From NCBI GenBank assembly GCA_002421665.1, contig DISH01000007.1, positions 17,278-81,277 on the forward strand: a stretch of 64,000 bases of DNA, in the 5' to 3' direction. Position 1 is the stretch's first letter; every line of letters begins with the position of its first letter. Under the pieces are notes generated by a model, which saw only the letters and a list, made by a program, of their open reading frames with translations, ran no database searches and was not told where the DNA came from. The DNA comes from Candidatus Omnitrophica bacterium UBA6215. GTDB lineage: Bacteria; Omnitrophota; Gorgyraeia; Pluralincolimonadales; Pluralincolimonadaceae. This document shows, in pieces, positions 49,192 through 58,438 of this stretch. A program made the translations under genes and the position numbers.

Positions 49192-50760
49192 TCAATGCCT
49201 GAAATGCCGTATTCCGGTCATTACCATGGCTATACCGGCTTTGTCGGCGGCCTTTATGGAATCTTCGTCCTTGATCGAACCGCCCGGCTGCATTATCGCC
49301 GATATCCCGGCCTTTCCGGCCAACTGGACCGAATCAGGCTTGGGAAAAAACCCGTCGGTGGCAAGACAGGCTCCCTTTGCTTCCTTGCCGGCCTTCCTTA
49401 CAGCTATCCTGGCCGAATCGACCCTGCTTGGCTGACCGCCCCCTATACCGACAGTCCTTTCGTCCCTGGCTACCACTACGGCGTTAGACCTGACATACTT
49501 GGCGACTTTCCAGGCAAAGATAAGGGATTTCAAGTGTGCGGCGGAAGGCTTCCTTCTTGTCACCGTCTTAAGATCCTCCGGACCGGCATCCATAAGGTCC
49601 TGTTCCTGGAGCAAAAGACCGCCCTCTATCTTCTTCAGGTCGCACGAGTATATACCTTTATCAGAGCGGTCATGCGGATATCCGTATTCTATGACCCTGA
49701 GGTTCTTTTTTTCTTTCAATATATCAAGGGCGCCCGTGTCGTAAGCCGGGGCTATAACGCATTCCATGAAACCGGATTCCGTTATGGCCTTCGCGGTCTT
49801 CACGTCAACCTTCCTGTTTAGGCCGATTATTCCGCCAAATGCGGAAAGCGGGTCGCAGGCAAAAGCATCCTTGTATGCCTTATCAAGTTTTGTAGAAGAA
49901 GCCACGCCGCAGGGAGAATTATGCTTTACTACACAGGCCGTAGGCGTTTGGAAATCGTTGGCTATCTGTATAGCGCCCTGCAGGTCGAGGAAATTATTGA
50001 AAGAAAGTTCCTTCCCGTGCAGCTGTTTCATGCCGCCGAAACCGTACTTGGGCTTGGCTGAATCAGCATAAAATGCGGCTTTCTGATGCGGATTCTCCCC
50101 GTAACGCAGGCCCTGGGCCCTCTCGAATACCAGGTGGAGGATCTCGGGGAACTTGTCCTTAAGGGGGGCGAATTTCCCGCCCAGGAAGGAGTAGATGCCG
50201 GCATCGTATTTTGCGGTGTGGCCGAATGCTTCAACGGCCAGCGTTTCGAGCGTCTCCTCCGATAAGCAGCAGCCTTTCTCCTGCAGCTCCATCAATATCC
50301 TGAGGTACCTGTCGGGGTTGCATACCACGGCCACGTCCCGGTAGTTCTTGGCCGCCGAACGCAGCATCGCAGGCCCGCCTATATCTATCATCTCAATGGC
50401 GTCTGTAAGTTTTACCTTAGGGTTACGGACGGTCTCCTCAAAGGGATAGAGATTGACCACAACCATGTCTATCAGGCCGATCTTATGCTTCTTTACCTGC
50501 GCCATATGCTCACGCTCGCTGCGTATAGCAAGGATCCCTCCGTGTATCTTGGGATGCAGGGTCTTGACGCGGCCGCTGAGCATCTCGGGAAAACCGGTGA
50601 CATCCGAAACGGCCTTTATCTTTATCTTGTTTTCGCGAAGGGCCTTGGCCGTCCCTCCCGTAGAGATTATCTCAACACCGAGTTTCTCGAGGCCCTTGGC
50701 GAAATCTACTATGCCTTTTTTGTCTGAAACGCTGATCAGGACACGCTTAATTTTAGCCAT
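49192..50760 (-). CDS. purH: Bifunctional AICAR transformylase / IMP cyclohydrolase
   Basis: 522 aa, MGS-like N-domain (MAKIKRVLISVSDKKG) + AICARFT domain. Confidence 0.9.
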   Translation of the reverse strand: MAKIKRVLISVSDKKGIVDFAKGLEKLGVEIISTGGTAKALRENKIKIKAVSDVTGFPEMLSGRVKTLHPKIHGGILAIRSEREHMAQVKKHKIGLIDMVVVNLYPFEETVRNPKVKLTDAIEMIDIGGPAMLRSAAKNYRDVAVVCNPDRYLRILMELQEKGCCLSEETLETLAVEAFGHTAKYDAGIYSFLGGKFAPLKDKFPEILHLVFERAQGLRYGENPHQKAAFYADSAKPKYGFGGMKQLHGKELSFNNFLDLQGAIQIANDFQTPTACVVKHNSPCGVASSTKLDKAYKDAFACDPLSAFGGIIGLNRKVDVKTAKAITESGFMECVIAPAYDTGALDILKEKKNLRVIEYGYPHDRSDKGIYSCDLKKIEGGLLLQEQDLMDAGPEDLKTVTRRKPSAAHLKSLIFAWKVAKYVRSNAVVVARDERTVGIGGGQPSRVDSARIAVRKAGKEAKGACLATDGFFPKPDSVQLAGKAGISAIMQPGGSIKDEDSIKAADKAGIAMVMTGIRHFRH

Positions 50761-50811
50761 ATTTTCTCCTATAGGGACATTTTACCAAATCGGTGGGCTT
50801 AAAACAATGTA

Positions 50812-51384
50812 TCAGTATTTTAGAAGGCGGGATTCCTGCCTGTAGAGCTGTATCTCCCGGCGGAGAACGGCTATCTCTTCCTCTAAAGGAGTCAGCTCCC
50901 GCATCGATTTCTCTATGCTGCCGCGCAATTCCGCCTGTTCCTGGTCCGAAAGGTTCAGCTTCTTGTTCCCGAGCAATCCGTTCTGGTTCTTTATGGAGCT
51001 CTTAATGGAAGCCGCGCGGGCTTCCTTGCCCGCCAGCTTCATCTTTATCTCTTCTATTTTAAGATTTACTCTCTGCCTGTCCGGCTCAAGTCGTGAAGAC
51101 AGCTCCTTTGTCTTTGCGTAGAGCTCTTTCCTTGCGGCCTTAAGCTCTTCTTCCAATTCCATTATTTTTGAATTGACCTCTCCCTGTCTTGTCCTGAATT
51201 CACCCTTAAGGGTCTCTATCTGGGCATCGATATCCGCTTTCTTATCCAGGACTTCCTTGAAAGACGGATCAAAATCCACGAGAGCGGATTTGATCTCTTC
51301 GATATTCTGACGGGGGCCGCATCCGCAGACAAAGAATAAGAAAACCAAAACAACGGCAGAAAGGGAAAATACTCTGCTGTTCAT
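50812..51384 (-). CDS. Hypothetical coiled-coil lipoprotein
   Basis: 190 aa with signal peptide + lipobox (FFVCGCG), remainder predicted coiled coil. Confidence 0.4.
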   Translation of the reverse strand: MNSRVFSLSAVVLVFLFFVCGCGPRQNIEEIKSALVDFDPSFKEVLDKKADIDAQIETLKGEFRTRQGEVNSKIMELEEELKAARKELYAKTKELSSRLEPDRQRVNLKIEEIKMKLAGKEARAASIKSSIKNQNGLLGNKKLNLSDQEQAELRGSIEKSMRELTPLEEEIAVLRREIQLYRQESRLLKY

Positions 51385-51388
51385 TGTC

Positions 51389-52606
51389 TTATGCCGCAGC
51401 CGTCTTAGACTCTGACGGTTTGGATTCTTTTGCGGCGGTCTTATTTTGTTTTGCTACGGACGGGACAAGCCTGGTTATCTCCCCATCCTCGATAGGTTCA
51501 TAATAGGTAAATATCTGTCCCTCATAATTCCTGAGGGTAAAGGCGCCCTTCTGCTGCGATATGACATAATTGGGCGCTACGGGTATCTTTCCGCCCCCTC
51601 CTGGCGCATCGACCACATAAGTGGGCACGGCATATCCGGAAGTATGCCCGCGAAGTTTCTCCATTATGTTTATACCGGTGGATATAGGCGTCCTGAAATG
51701 GCTTATTCCTTTAGCCGGATCGCACTGGTATATGTAATACGGGCGTACACGCGCCTTTAAGAGCTCGTGCATAAGCCTGCGCATAGTGGAAAGCCTGTCA
51801 TTGACACCGCGCAAAAGTACTGTCTGGCTGCCGAGAGGTATACCGGACTCTACAAGCATGTCACAAGCCTTTTTACAGCGCTTCGTGATCTCTTTAGGGT
51901 GGTTAAAATGCAGGGATATCCATATAGGCCCGTATTTTTTGAACATGGATACAAGATTTTCGGTCACCCTCATCGGCACCGTCACCGGCATCCTTGTCCC
52001 GAGGCGTATAAACTCTATGTTAGGTATGGCCCTGAGATTCTTGAGTATATCCTCCAAGGTCTCGTCCGGGAGCATGAGAGGATCTCCGCCGGAGATCAGA
52101 ACGTCGCGTATCCTGCGGTTCGCCTTAAGGTATTCGTATGCTTTTTCGAAGTTTTGGGGGCTGGTAAGGTGCGCTTCGGAGCCTACTATCCTGCGCCTGG
52201 TGCAATGACGGCAATACATCGCGCACTTTTCCGTGACCAGGAGCAGGACCCTGTCCGGGTACCTGTGGACAAGCCCGGGTACGGGAGAATCCTTATCCTC
52301 GCCGCACGGATCTTCCATGTCGTTGGGGGAAACATCGAATTCCTCGGACGCGGGTATGCACTGCTTCCTTATCGGGCAAGTCGGCCTCATGGTATCTATC
52401 ATGGACAGCCAATACGGGGTTATGGCCATCAAGAGCCTTCCCTTGCTCCTCTTGACGCCTATCTCCTCCGAAGGGGTAAGTTTGATGACTTCCTTAAGGC
52501 CGTCATAGGTCATGATCCTGTTCCTGATCTGCCAATGCCAATCTTCCCAATCCGTTTCAGGCACATCCTTCCAATGCTCGGCTATGGAATTAGCGGAAGT
52601 TATCAA
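51389..52606 (-). CDS. kamA: L-lysine 2,3-aminomutase (radical SAM, PLP)
   Basis: 405 aa. N-terminus WEDWHWQIRNRI matches the KamA family, radical SAM CAMYCRHCTRR. Confidence 0.8.
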   Translation of the reverse strand: MITSANSIAEHWKDVPETDWEDWHWQIRNRIMTYDGLKEVIKLTPSEEIGVKRSKGRLLMAITPYWLSMIDTMRPTCPIRKQCIPASEEFDVSPNDMEDPCGEDKDSPVPGLVHRYPDRVLLLVTEKCAMYCRHCTRRRIVGSEAHLTSPQNFEKAYEYLKANRRIRDVLISGGDPLMLPDETLEDILKNLRAIPNIEFIRLGTRMPVTVPMRVTENLVSMFKKYGPIWISLHFNHPKEITKRCKKACDMLVESGIPLGSQTVLLRGVNDRLSTMRRLMHELLKARVRPYYIYQCDPAKGISHFRTPISTGINIMEKLRGHTSGYAVPTYVVDAPGGGGKIPVAPNYVISQQKGAFTLRNYEGQIFTYYEPIEDGEITRLVPSVAKQNKTAAKESKPSESKTAAA

Positions 52607-53649
52607 CGCAGGCTCCTTTCGTGTAGGACGAGACTACCGTTTTTCGTATGTCTTTCGATCGCCACATCCAGTATCCTGTTCATCAGGGCGGGATAATCCA
52701 GACCCGCGCATTTGGCAATAAAAGGAAAATTTGAATCGATCGGATCGAGCCCGGGAAGAGGGTTTATCTCCAACACATAAGGCACCCCTTCCTTGTCCAG
52801 TATTATATCCACCCGTGAAAGGTCTACGCAGCCCAAGGCGTTGAATGCCTTTATGGCCGTATCTCCCACCAAGGCCTCTTCCTGCTTCGTCAGCCTTGCG
52901 GGACAATGCCATATGGGGCTCAATCCCTTACTGTCTTCGACCTCTTTCTCGAATTCCTTGACCTTCCATGTATAGAAAAACTCGCCCGAAGCCCTGCAAT
53001 TAGAAAAATCTATCTCCAATATAGGGAGCACCGCGGGGGGTGAATTACCTATTATGCCGACCGTCAATTCCCTTCCTTCTATAAACTCTTCGACAAGTAT
53101 CTCCTGCCGGTATGTCTTGTAAGTCTTACAGACCTCTTTCTCGAGTTCTGCCCTGTTACGGACCACGCTTGTTATGGTTATTCCTTTCCCCGAGCCTTCC
53201 CTGTTCGGCTTGACTATTAACGGATACCTGAGGCCCTCATCGGATATTTCAGCCGGCTCTTCTATAAGCTTGTAGCGCGGTGTGGGTATCCCGGCCTGTT
53301 CGAATATCTTTTTAGTAAATGCCTTGTCAAGAGAAGCGCTGAGGGCAAGGACCCCCGAACCGGTATATGGTACGCCTAAAAAATCCAGGATGGCCGGAAC
53401 CTGCGCCTCCCTGGACTCGCCGTTTATCCCTTCGGCTATGTTAAAAACTATATCTATCTTGTTAGACTGGAGCCAATTAAGGAGCCCTTTATCGGCCTCA
53501 ACCAGGAATACTTCGTTCCCCCTCGAACGCAATCCGTTTGCGATCGCTTCTATGGTCTCCTTGCTGTCAAATTCCGAATAATAATCATCCGGAAGCCCTT
53601 CCTCTACCTTCCTTTTGAGATTATAAGTGAAAGCCACTTTTTGGCCCAT
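52603..53649 (-). CDS. D-alanine--D-alanine ligase family ATP-grasp enzyme (paralog 1)
   Basis: 348 aa Ddl-like N-domain/ATP-grasp (...VLEINPLPGL...). 4-nt overlap with kamA. Confidence 0.7.
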   Translation of the reverse strand: MGQKVAFTYNLKRKVEEGLPDDYYSEFDSKETIEAIANGLRSRGNEVFLVEADKGLLNWLQSNKIDIVFNIAEGINGESREAQVPAILDFLGVPYTGSGVLALSASLDKAFTKKIFEQAGIPTPRYKLIEEPAEISDEGLRYPLIVKPNREGSGKGITITSVVRNRAELEKEVCKTYKTYRQEILVEEFIEGRELTVGIIGNSPPAVLPILEIDFSNCRASGEFFYTWKVKEFEKEVEDSKGLSPIWHCPARLTKQEEALVGDTAIKAFNALGCVDLSRVDIILDKEGVPYVLEINPLPGLDPIDSNFPFIAKCAGLDYPALMNRILDVAIERHTKNGSLVLHERSLR

Positions 53650-54672
53650 CTATAACATACCGTACCTTTCCAACGCGCAGTCGATGATCCTGTTTATGAT
53701 ACTGTTATAAGATATCTTCATGTACCTTGCAACCACCATAAAAACATCCTCGGTAGATAAAGAGGGCAACGGATTGATCTCCAGGACATACGGGTTGCCG
53801 CGCTTATCCACTCTTATATCGACCCTGCCAAAATCCCTGCACTCCACGGCATTATATGCCTTCAGCGCGACATCCTTGAGTTTTTTCTCCAACGCCCTTG
53901 TTATCCTGGAAGGGCATACATAGCACAACGTATTCGAGTGTATCCTGGAAAATGTGTAACACAGGTCTCCGAGGTTGGTCTTCCCGTTGATGCTTATCTG
54001 GACGACCGGAAGGGCCTCGGCATCCTTGCCGTTGCCGATCACGGGAACGGTGAATTCCGAACCTGTTATGAAACTCTCCACCAAAGCAGGCTGTTTATAC
54101 GTACGTATAACCCATTCCGCCTGCCTGATAAGGTCTTTCCTGTTCTTTACGATAGACTTATCGCTTATCCCCTTGCTTGAACCCTCCTGTCGGGGTTTTA
54201 CTATAAGCGGGAAGTCTGCGCCCGTTCCGTCTACCTTCCCGGCATCGGATACCTGGAAAAAAGACGGGGTCGGCACGCCTTCGGACATCAGCACTTTCTT
54301 CGCCATTACCTTATCGAGGGTCAGCCCTAAACTGAGGCCGTCTGCGCCGACAAAAGGTATTCCTTCCATCTCCAAAATCACGGGTACTTCGGATTCCCTG
54401 TTGCGGCCCGACAGCCCTTCGGCAATATTAAATACTATGTCGACATCCAGTTTCTTGATGCGGCGCAAGAGATTCCTTACGTTACCGATCTTGACGACCT
54501 TATGCCCACCCGATTCTATAGCGTCTTTTATGACCTCTATAGTATCCGGATGGTCAAACTCCGCATTGGCATCCTCGGGATCGGAATCCTTCAATATATA
54601 GTCCGGCTTGATGTCGTAGGTCAAGCCCACTATCTTGCGCGCCTTCTTTTTTTTTGCTCCAATATTTGCCAT
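53650..54672 (-). CDS. D-alanine--D-alanine ligase family ATP-grasp enzyme (paralog 2)
   Basis: Start placed at internal Met (MANIGAKKKK...). Same family as paralog 1 (...VLEINPLPSL...). Abuts the stop of paralog 1. Confidence 0.7.
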   Translation of the reverse strand: MANIGAKKKKARKIVGLTYDIKPDYILKDSDPEDANAEFDHPDTIEVIKDAIESGGHKVVKIGNVRNLLRRIKKLDVDIVFNIAEGLSGRNRESEVPVILEMEGIPFVGADGLSLGLTLDKVMAKKVLMSEGVPTPSFFQVSDAGKVDGTGADFPLIVKPRQEGSSKGISDKSIVKNRKDLIRQAEWVIRTYKQPALVESFITGSEFTVPVIGNGKDAEALPVVQISINGKTNLGDLCYTFSRIHSNTLCYVCPSRITRALEKKLKDVALKAYNAVECRDFGRVDIRVDKRGNPYVLEINPLPSLSTEDVFMVVARYMKISYNSIINRIIDCALERYGML

Positions 54673-54692
54673 AATCCTCGTCCGGGGATACA

Positions 54693-54733
54693 AAAAAAGA
54701 AGGGACTTCCCCATTTAGAAGTCCCTTCTTTTA
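54693..54733 (-). terminator. Rho-independent terminator hairpin (AAGAAGGGACTTC-loop-GAAGTCCCTTCTT) followed by a U7 run on the minus strand
   Basis: Perfect 13-bp inverted repeat with 8-nt loop. Minus-strand transcript of the 54782..55477 gene would terminate before the ddl paralog 2 start. Confidence 0.6.
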
Positions 54734-54781
54734 AAGTGCTAGTTGAAAATATCCAACTTTTGGTACCAGTCCCTCCCTAAC

Positions 54782-55477
54782 CTATTTTTTCTTCCATTTG
54801 TCGACGATCTCAGACATCATCTTGCCGGCTATATCTTTCGAGCCGAGGCCAAAGGCTAACCCTAAGGCCAGACCGGTGGCGGCCAAGGCTACTACCACCG
54901 CCGTGTCCAGGATGAAAGTCCTGACGCCCAACATCGGGAGAACGGTTAGAACCGTAATTACTACTATTGATATCTGGGCTATCTGGCCGAGATTCTTTGC
55001 CGAAGCAACGCCGGCATTGGATGCCGTCGTCCTGACTATGGAACCTATCAGAGCGGCGAAGAAGAGGCCGAGTACGAGCACAAATATGCTCAAGATCACC
55101 ATGCCCGCGTATTTTACTGCTCCATCAAGGAAGCTGCCCGCCATAACATCCGGATTTGGATTCACAAGGTTGAGGGTTATTATCACGACCACCAACGCCA
55201 TAAGCCAGTAGATGACCACACCGATAAGTTCGGATAAGGTATGCTTGATCTCACCTTTGGCAAGAATGCTGGCGATCCCCGCCTTCTCAGATAAGACATC
55301 AAAACGAGCAACTTTAAGGACTTGTACTACCACCTTCTCAATAACCTTCGCGATTATTATACCGGCTATGAATACAATTAACGCGACGATTATTTTCGAA
55401 AGGTAGAGCGCTAAATTACTCCATACCTGGCTCCAGGTATCGAGAATAATCTGGACTGCCTGTCCTCCCTGATCCAT
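54782..55477 (-). CDS. Membrane protein with repeated conserved TM-helix modules (MscS-N-terminal-like TM_helix repeats)
   Basis: 231 aa with five hydrophobic helices of a repeating pattern. No channel domain. Confidence 0.35.
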   Translation of the reverse strand: MDQGGQAVQIILDTWSQVWSNLALYLSKIIVALIVFIAGIIIAKVIEKVVVQVLKVARFDVLSEKAGIASILAKGEIKHTLSELIGVVIYWLMALVVVIITLNLVNPNPDVMAGSFLDGAVKYAGMVILSIFVLVLGLFFAALIGSIVRTTASNAGVASAKNLGQIAQISIVVITVLTVLPMLGVRTFILDTAVVVALAATGLALGLAFGLGSKDIAGKMMSEIVDKWKKK

Positions 55478-55639
55478 CTTACCCCCTCCTTTCAGGTTTT
55501 TATCTCAACTACTATCCCTGTTTGTCTTTATTTATAACATAAATATATTTTTTGTCAAGCACTTTTTCCAGATTTAGCAATAAATTCCTATACCGCGTAA
55601 GATCAATATGCTATAATCGTAAAAACAAACGCGGAGACA

Positions 55640-56203
55640 GTGATGAAATACCCCGAAAAATATTTTGTGAGCGCAATTTTTTGCCTTATAGCGGTATTGC
55701 TGCCGCAGGAGACCCGGCCGGCCGATACAAGGACCATAATGCAGATGATGACACAGGCGAGCCAGATGTTGTGCGCCGGAGATTATGATAAAACTATCGA
55801 AAAATGTAACGAGATACTCAGGATAGAGCCAAGATGTTCCGGCGCTTACTATGTAAGGGGATTCGCGTACAGATATAAGGAAGATTATGACCGCTCGATA
55901 ATGGATTTCACCCAGACTATAAGGATAGATCCGAAATACGCAGCCGCGTATTACGGGCGCGCATTATCATATGCCTACAAACAGATGTATGCCGAGGCGA
56001 TCTCGGACTTCACGTCAGCTATAGCTATCGACCCTAAATACACTGACGCATATTTCAACAGGGCCCGGGTTTATTATGATACGGAAGAATACGACAAGGC
56101 CTGGGGTGATGTTAGAAAAGCCAGGGCCCTTGGTTTGGAAACGGACCTTATGTACAAAGGCTTCATCAGGAAACTCCAGGAAGCCTCAGGAAGGTTTCAG
56201 TAA
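55640..56203 (+). CDS. TPR-repeat lipoprotein/secreted protein
   Basis: Four to five 34-aa TPR units (AYYVRGFAYRYKEDYDRSIMDFTQTIRIDPKYAAAYYGRALSY...). Confidence 0.75.
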   Translation: MMKYPEKYFVSAIFCLIAVLLPQETRPADTRTIMQMMTQASQMLCAGDYDKTIEKCNEILRIEPRCSGAYYVRGFAYRYKEDYDRSIMDFTQTIRIDPKYAAAYYGRALSYAYKQMYAEAISDFTSAIAIDPKYTDAYFNRARVYYDTEEYDKAWGDVRKARALGLETDLMYKGFIRKLQEASGRFQ

Positions 56204-56751
56204 TAATGCACTCCGCTCTCTAGCTGTTTTACTTCCTTGACTGTGCCGTCGGGATTAAGATAGATCTCGGCATTAGGCATATATTTCTGCCCTTTAATCG
56301 TTACCTGCTGGTGTATCATCATGCCCATAAGATTCCCGTCCTCGGAAAGTATCGCAAAATCCCGGTTATGGAGTTTTATACCTTCGATGGTCGTAGGTTC
56401 GGCGAGCGGCCAGATATATAATTTACCCGATTCGTACAATTCCGTCAGGTAATTAGCCGCACATTTCTTTCCGTCAATGACGGTCTGGGATGCAAGGCGG
56501 ATCTGCTTGACCTTTCCTGAAGGGTAAAACACGATATTATAATTGGCGGCGGCCCTGAGGCCGTTTACGGTAACGGGCCTCTTCGGATGGACCCAGTAAA
56601 CCTTCCCGGATTTATAATAGCCTACCTGCGTACCCCGGGAAAAGACCGTATCGCCGAACTTCATATCTTTCTCGAGGACCTCTGCAGTAACACATGGCTG
56701 CAAAAAAACCACTACGGCAGCCAACAGATATACGGCAAAGCCCTTTATCAC
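56197..56751 (-). CDS. Secreted protein with MORN/YwqK-like repeats
   Basis: Signal peptide. Repeating ~23-aa units (YKSGKVYWVHP, YPSGKVKQIRL, YESGKLYIWPL, NPDGTVKEVKQL). Confidence 0.35.
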   Translation of the reverse strand: MIKGFAVYLLAAVVVFLQPCVTAEVLEKDMKFGDTVFSRGTQVGYYKSGKVYWVHPKRPVTVNGLRAAANYNIVFYPSGKVKQIRLASQTVIDGKKCAANYLTELYESGKLYIWPLAEPTTIEGIKLHNRDFAILSEDGNLMGMMIHQQVTIKGQKYMPNAEIYLNPDGTVKEVKQLESGVHYY

Positions 56752-56752
56752 C

Positions 56753-57028
56753 TTAAGCCCCTTTCTTCCTGTCGGGGAAAAAAGCCAGTATAATAAGTCC
56801 GAAGACGCTCAACAATCCAAGCAAGCCCCATGTCCCTCTATATCCCTTACCCCTGGCATAATTCCATAATCCCCATATGAACAATAATATCCCGCCCCAT
56901 GCGAAAACGGCTGCCACCCACATCACAATACCTATGTTAATATAATAGCTTGCGGCGAACCCGATTACCTGCGCGAGCATACCGCACAATATACCGACAT
57001 TGGTCTTTCTCCTGAACTCCTCGATCAT
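56753..57028 (-). CDS. Small membrane protein (3 TM), unknown function
   Basis: 91 aa, strongly hydrophobic, basic C-terminus. Confidence 0.3.
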   Translation of the reverse strand: MIEEFRRKTNVGILCGMLAQVIGFAASYYINIGIVMWVAAVFAWGGILLFIWGLWNYARGKGYRGTWGLLGLLSVFGLIILAFFPDRKKGA

Positions 57029-57031
57029 AAA

Positions 57032-57868
57032 CTACCCCCTTTCATGCCTGAGATAATGATAAAGATATTCCTGCGCGTAGCCTGCATATGGACCGAACCG
57101 GGACCGCGCGAATTCCGCAACCGCCTTAGGAGAAGTGTCCCTGCCTTCGAAATATAATCTCTCTATGCCCCTCTTTATCCAAACATCCACGGGAAAGGCT
57201 TCATACTTGCCGAAAGAAAACAATAAAACGCAATCCGCAACTTTATCTCCTACCCCTCTAAGGCATATAAGCGCCTTCTTGGCCTGCTCATAGTTTAATT
57301 CCCCGACAGCATCCAAGTCAATGGCTTTCTCGGACACCATCCGGGCGGTATTTTTTAAATATCCGGCCCTGAAACCGAGCCCCAGGGACCTTAGGGTTCT
57401 CAGGTCCGCACGCGCTATACTGTCCGCTCCGGGAAAGGAATATCTTTCCAGATCACCCAGGACAAGCCGTTGGCCGAACCTTACGGACAGGCCCGCTATC
57501 ATCTTCTTTATGCGCGGTATGTTCGTATACGAAGAAAGTATAAAAGATGCCAGGCATTCCCAGCGGTCCTGGTTAAGTATCCTCAAGCCGCGGAACCTGT
57601 CTATGGCTTTTTTTACGTGAGGATCTCTTCCTATTTGCTTATATATGGAAGTCAGGTCTTCATCGAGGCCGAAGTAACGCGCAATATCATCCCTGTTCAC
57701 AGGCGAGCTTGTCTCCACCGCCAGCCCGGATCCGCCAAGGGAAACCTTGACTATCGCTTTGCCTATAACGCCTGCATAACAGCCGCCGAAGTCCTCCCAG
57801 CGAAAAGCCTGGCCGCACTCCAGCGTATGTTCGAGGTTAAGATCGGAAACGGGTAAGATGAACTTCAA
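57032..57868 (-). CDS. ogg: 8-oxoguanine DNA glycosylase (Ogg, HhH-GPD superfamily)
   Basis: OGG_N-like start (LEHTLECGQAFRW) and HhH-GPD motif LRGVGDKVADCVLLF with catalytic K/D. Confidence 0.75.
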   Translation of the reverse strand: MKFILPVSDLNLEHTLECGQAFRWEDFGGCYAGVIGKAIVKVSLGGSGLAVETSSPVNRDDIARYFGLDEDLTSIYKQIGRDPHVKKAIDRFRGLRILNQDRWECLASFILSSYTNIPRIKKMIAGLSVRFGQRLVLGDLERYSFPGADSIARADLRTLRSLGLGFRAGYLKNTARMVSEKAIDLDAVGELNYEQAKKALICLRGVGDKVADCVLLFSFGKYEAFPVDVWIKRGIERLYFEGRDTSPKAVAEFARSRFGPYAGYAQEYLYHYLRHERG

Positions 57869-57880
57869 TTACATGCCCCT

Positions 57881-58438
57881 TTATCGCACCACCTTCGGCA
57901 GGACTATCCCCTGCTGCGCCTGGTACTTGCCTTTCCTGTCCTTATAAGTGACCTCCGGGACTTCCTCTCCTTCATAGAAGAGCAGCTGGGCTATCCCCTC
58001 GTGGGAATATATCTTTGCGGGATGCGGCGTTGTGTTAGATACAGCCATTGTCAGGAATCCTTCCCATGTAGGCTCAAGAGGACTGATATTTGTAAGTATC
58101 CCGCAACGGCAATACGTGGATTTCCCGAAACATATGGCTATTACTTTTTCGGGTATCCTAAAGTACTCGAACGAACGCGCCAGCACAAAAGAGTTGGGCG
58201 GGATGACGCATTCCTTGCCCTTGAAGTCTATAAAGGAATGGGGATCGATATTCTTCGGGTCCATGACGGGGTTGCCCGTTCCGACAAAGACCTTGTATTC
58301 ATCATGGACGCGTATGTCGTAGCCGAAACTCGACAGCCCGTAACTTATATGGCCCTCCGAGACCTGATGGTCCAGGAACGGTTCGATCATCCCGGCCTCG
58401 AGGGCCATCTTCTTTATCCAGCGATCTGACCTAATCAT
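57881..58438 (-). CDS. dcd: dCTP deaminase
   Basis: 185 aa with typical Dcd N-terminus ([21 protein letters not shown]...). Confidence 0.85.
   Translation of the reverse strand: MIRSDRWIKKMALEAGMIEPFLDHQVSEGHISYGLSSFGYDIRVHDEYKVFVGTGNPVMDPKNIDPHSFIDFKGKECVIPPNSFVLARSFEYFRIPEKVIAICFGKSTYCRCGILTNISPLEPTWEGFLTMAVSNTTPHPAKIYSHEGIAQLLFYEGEEVPEVTYKDRKGKYQAQQGIVLPKVVR

Noticed and set aside
51767-52696. 309-aa plus-strand ORF antisense to kamA (also 46768..47568 and 46944..47687 antisense to mnmE; 62857..63783 antisense to gpmA; 18894..19862 antisense to rdgB/rph)
   Set aside because: Each overlaps a gene with clear family motifs on the opposite strand. None shows its own domain motifs, RBS or sensible start context.
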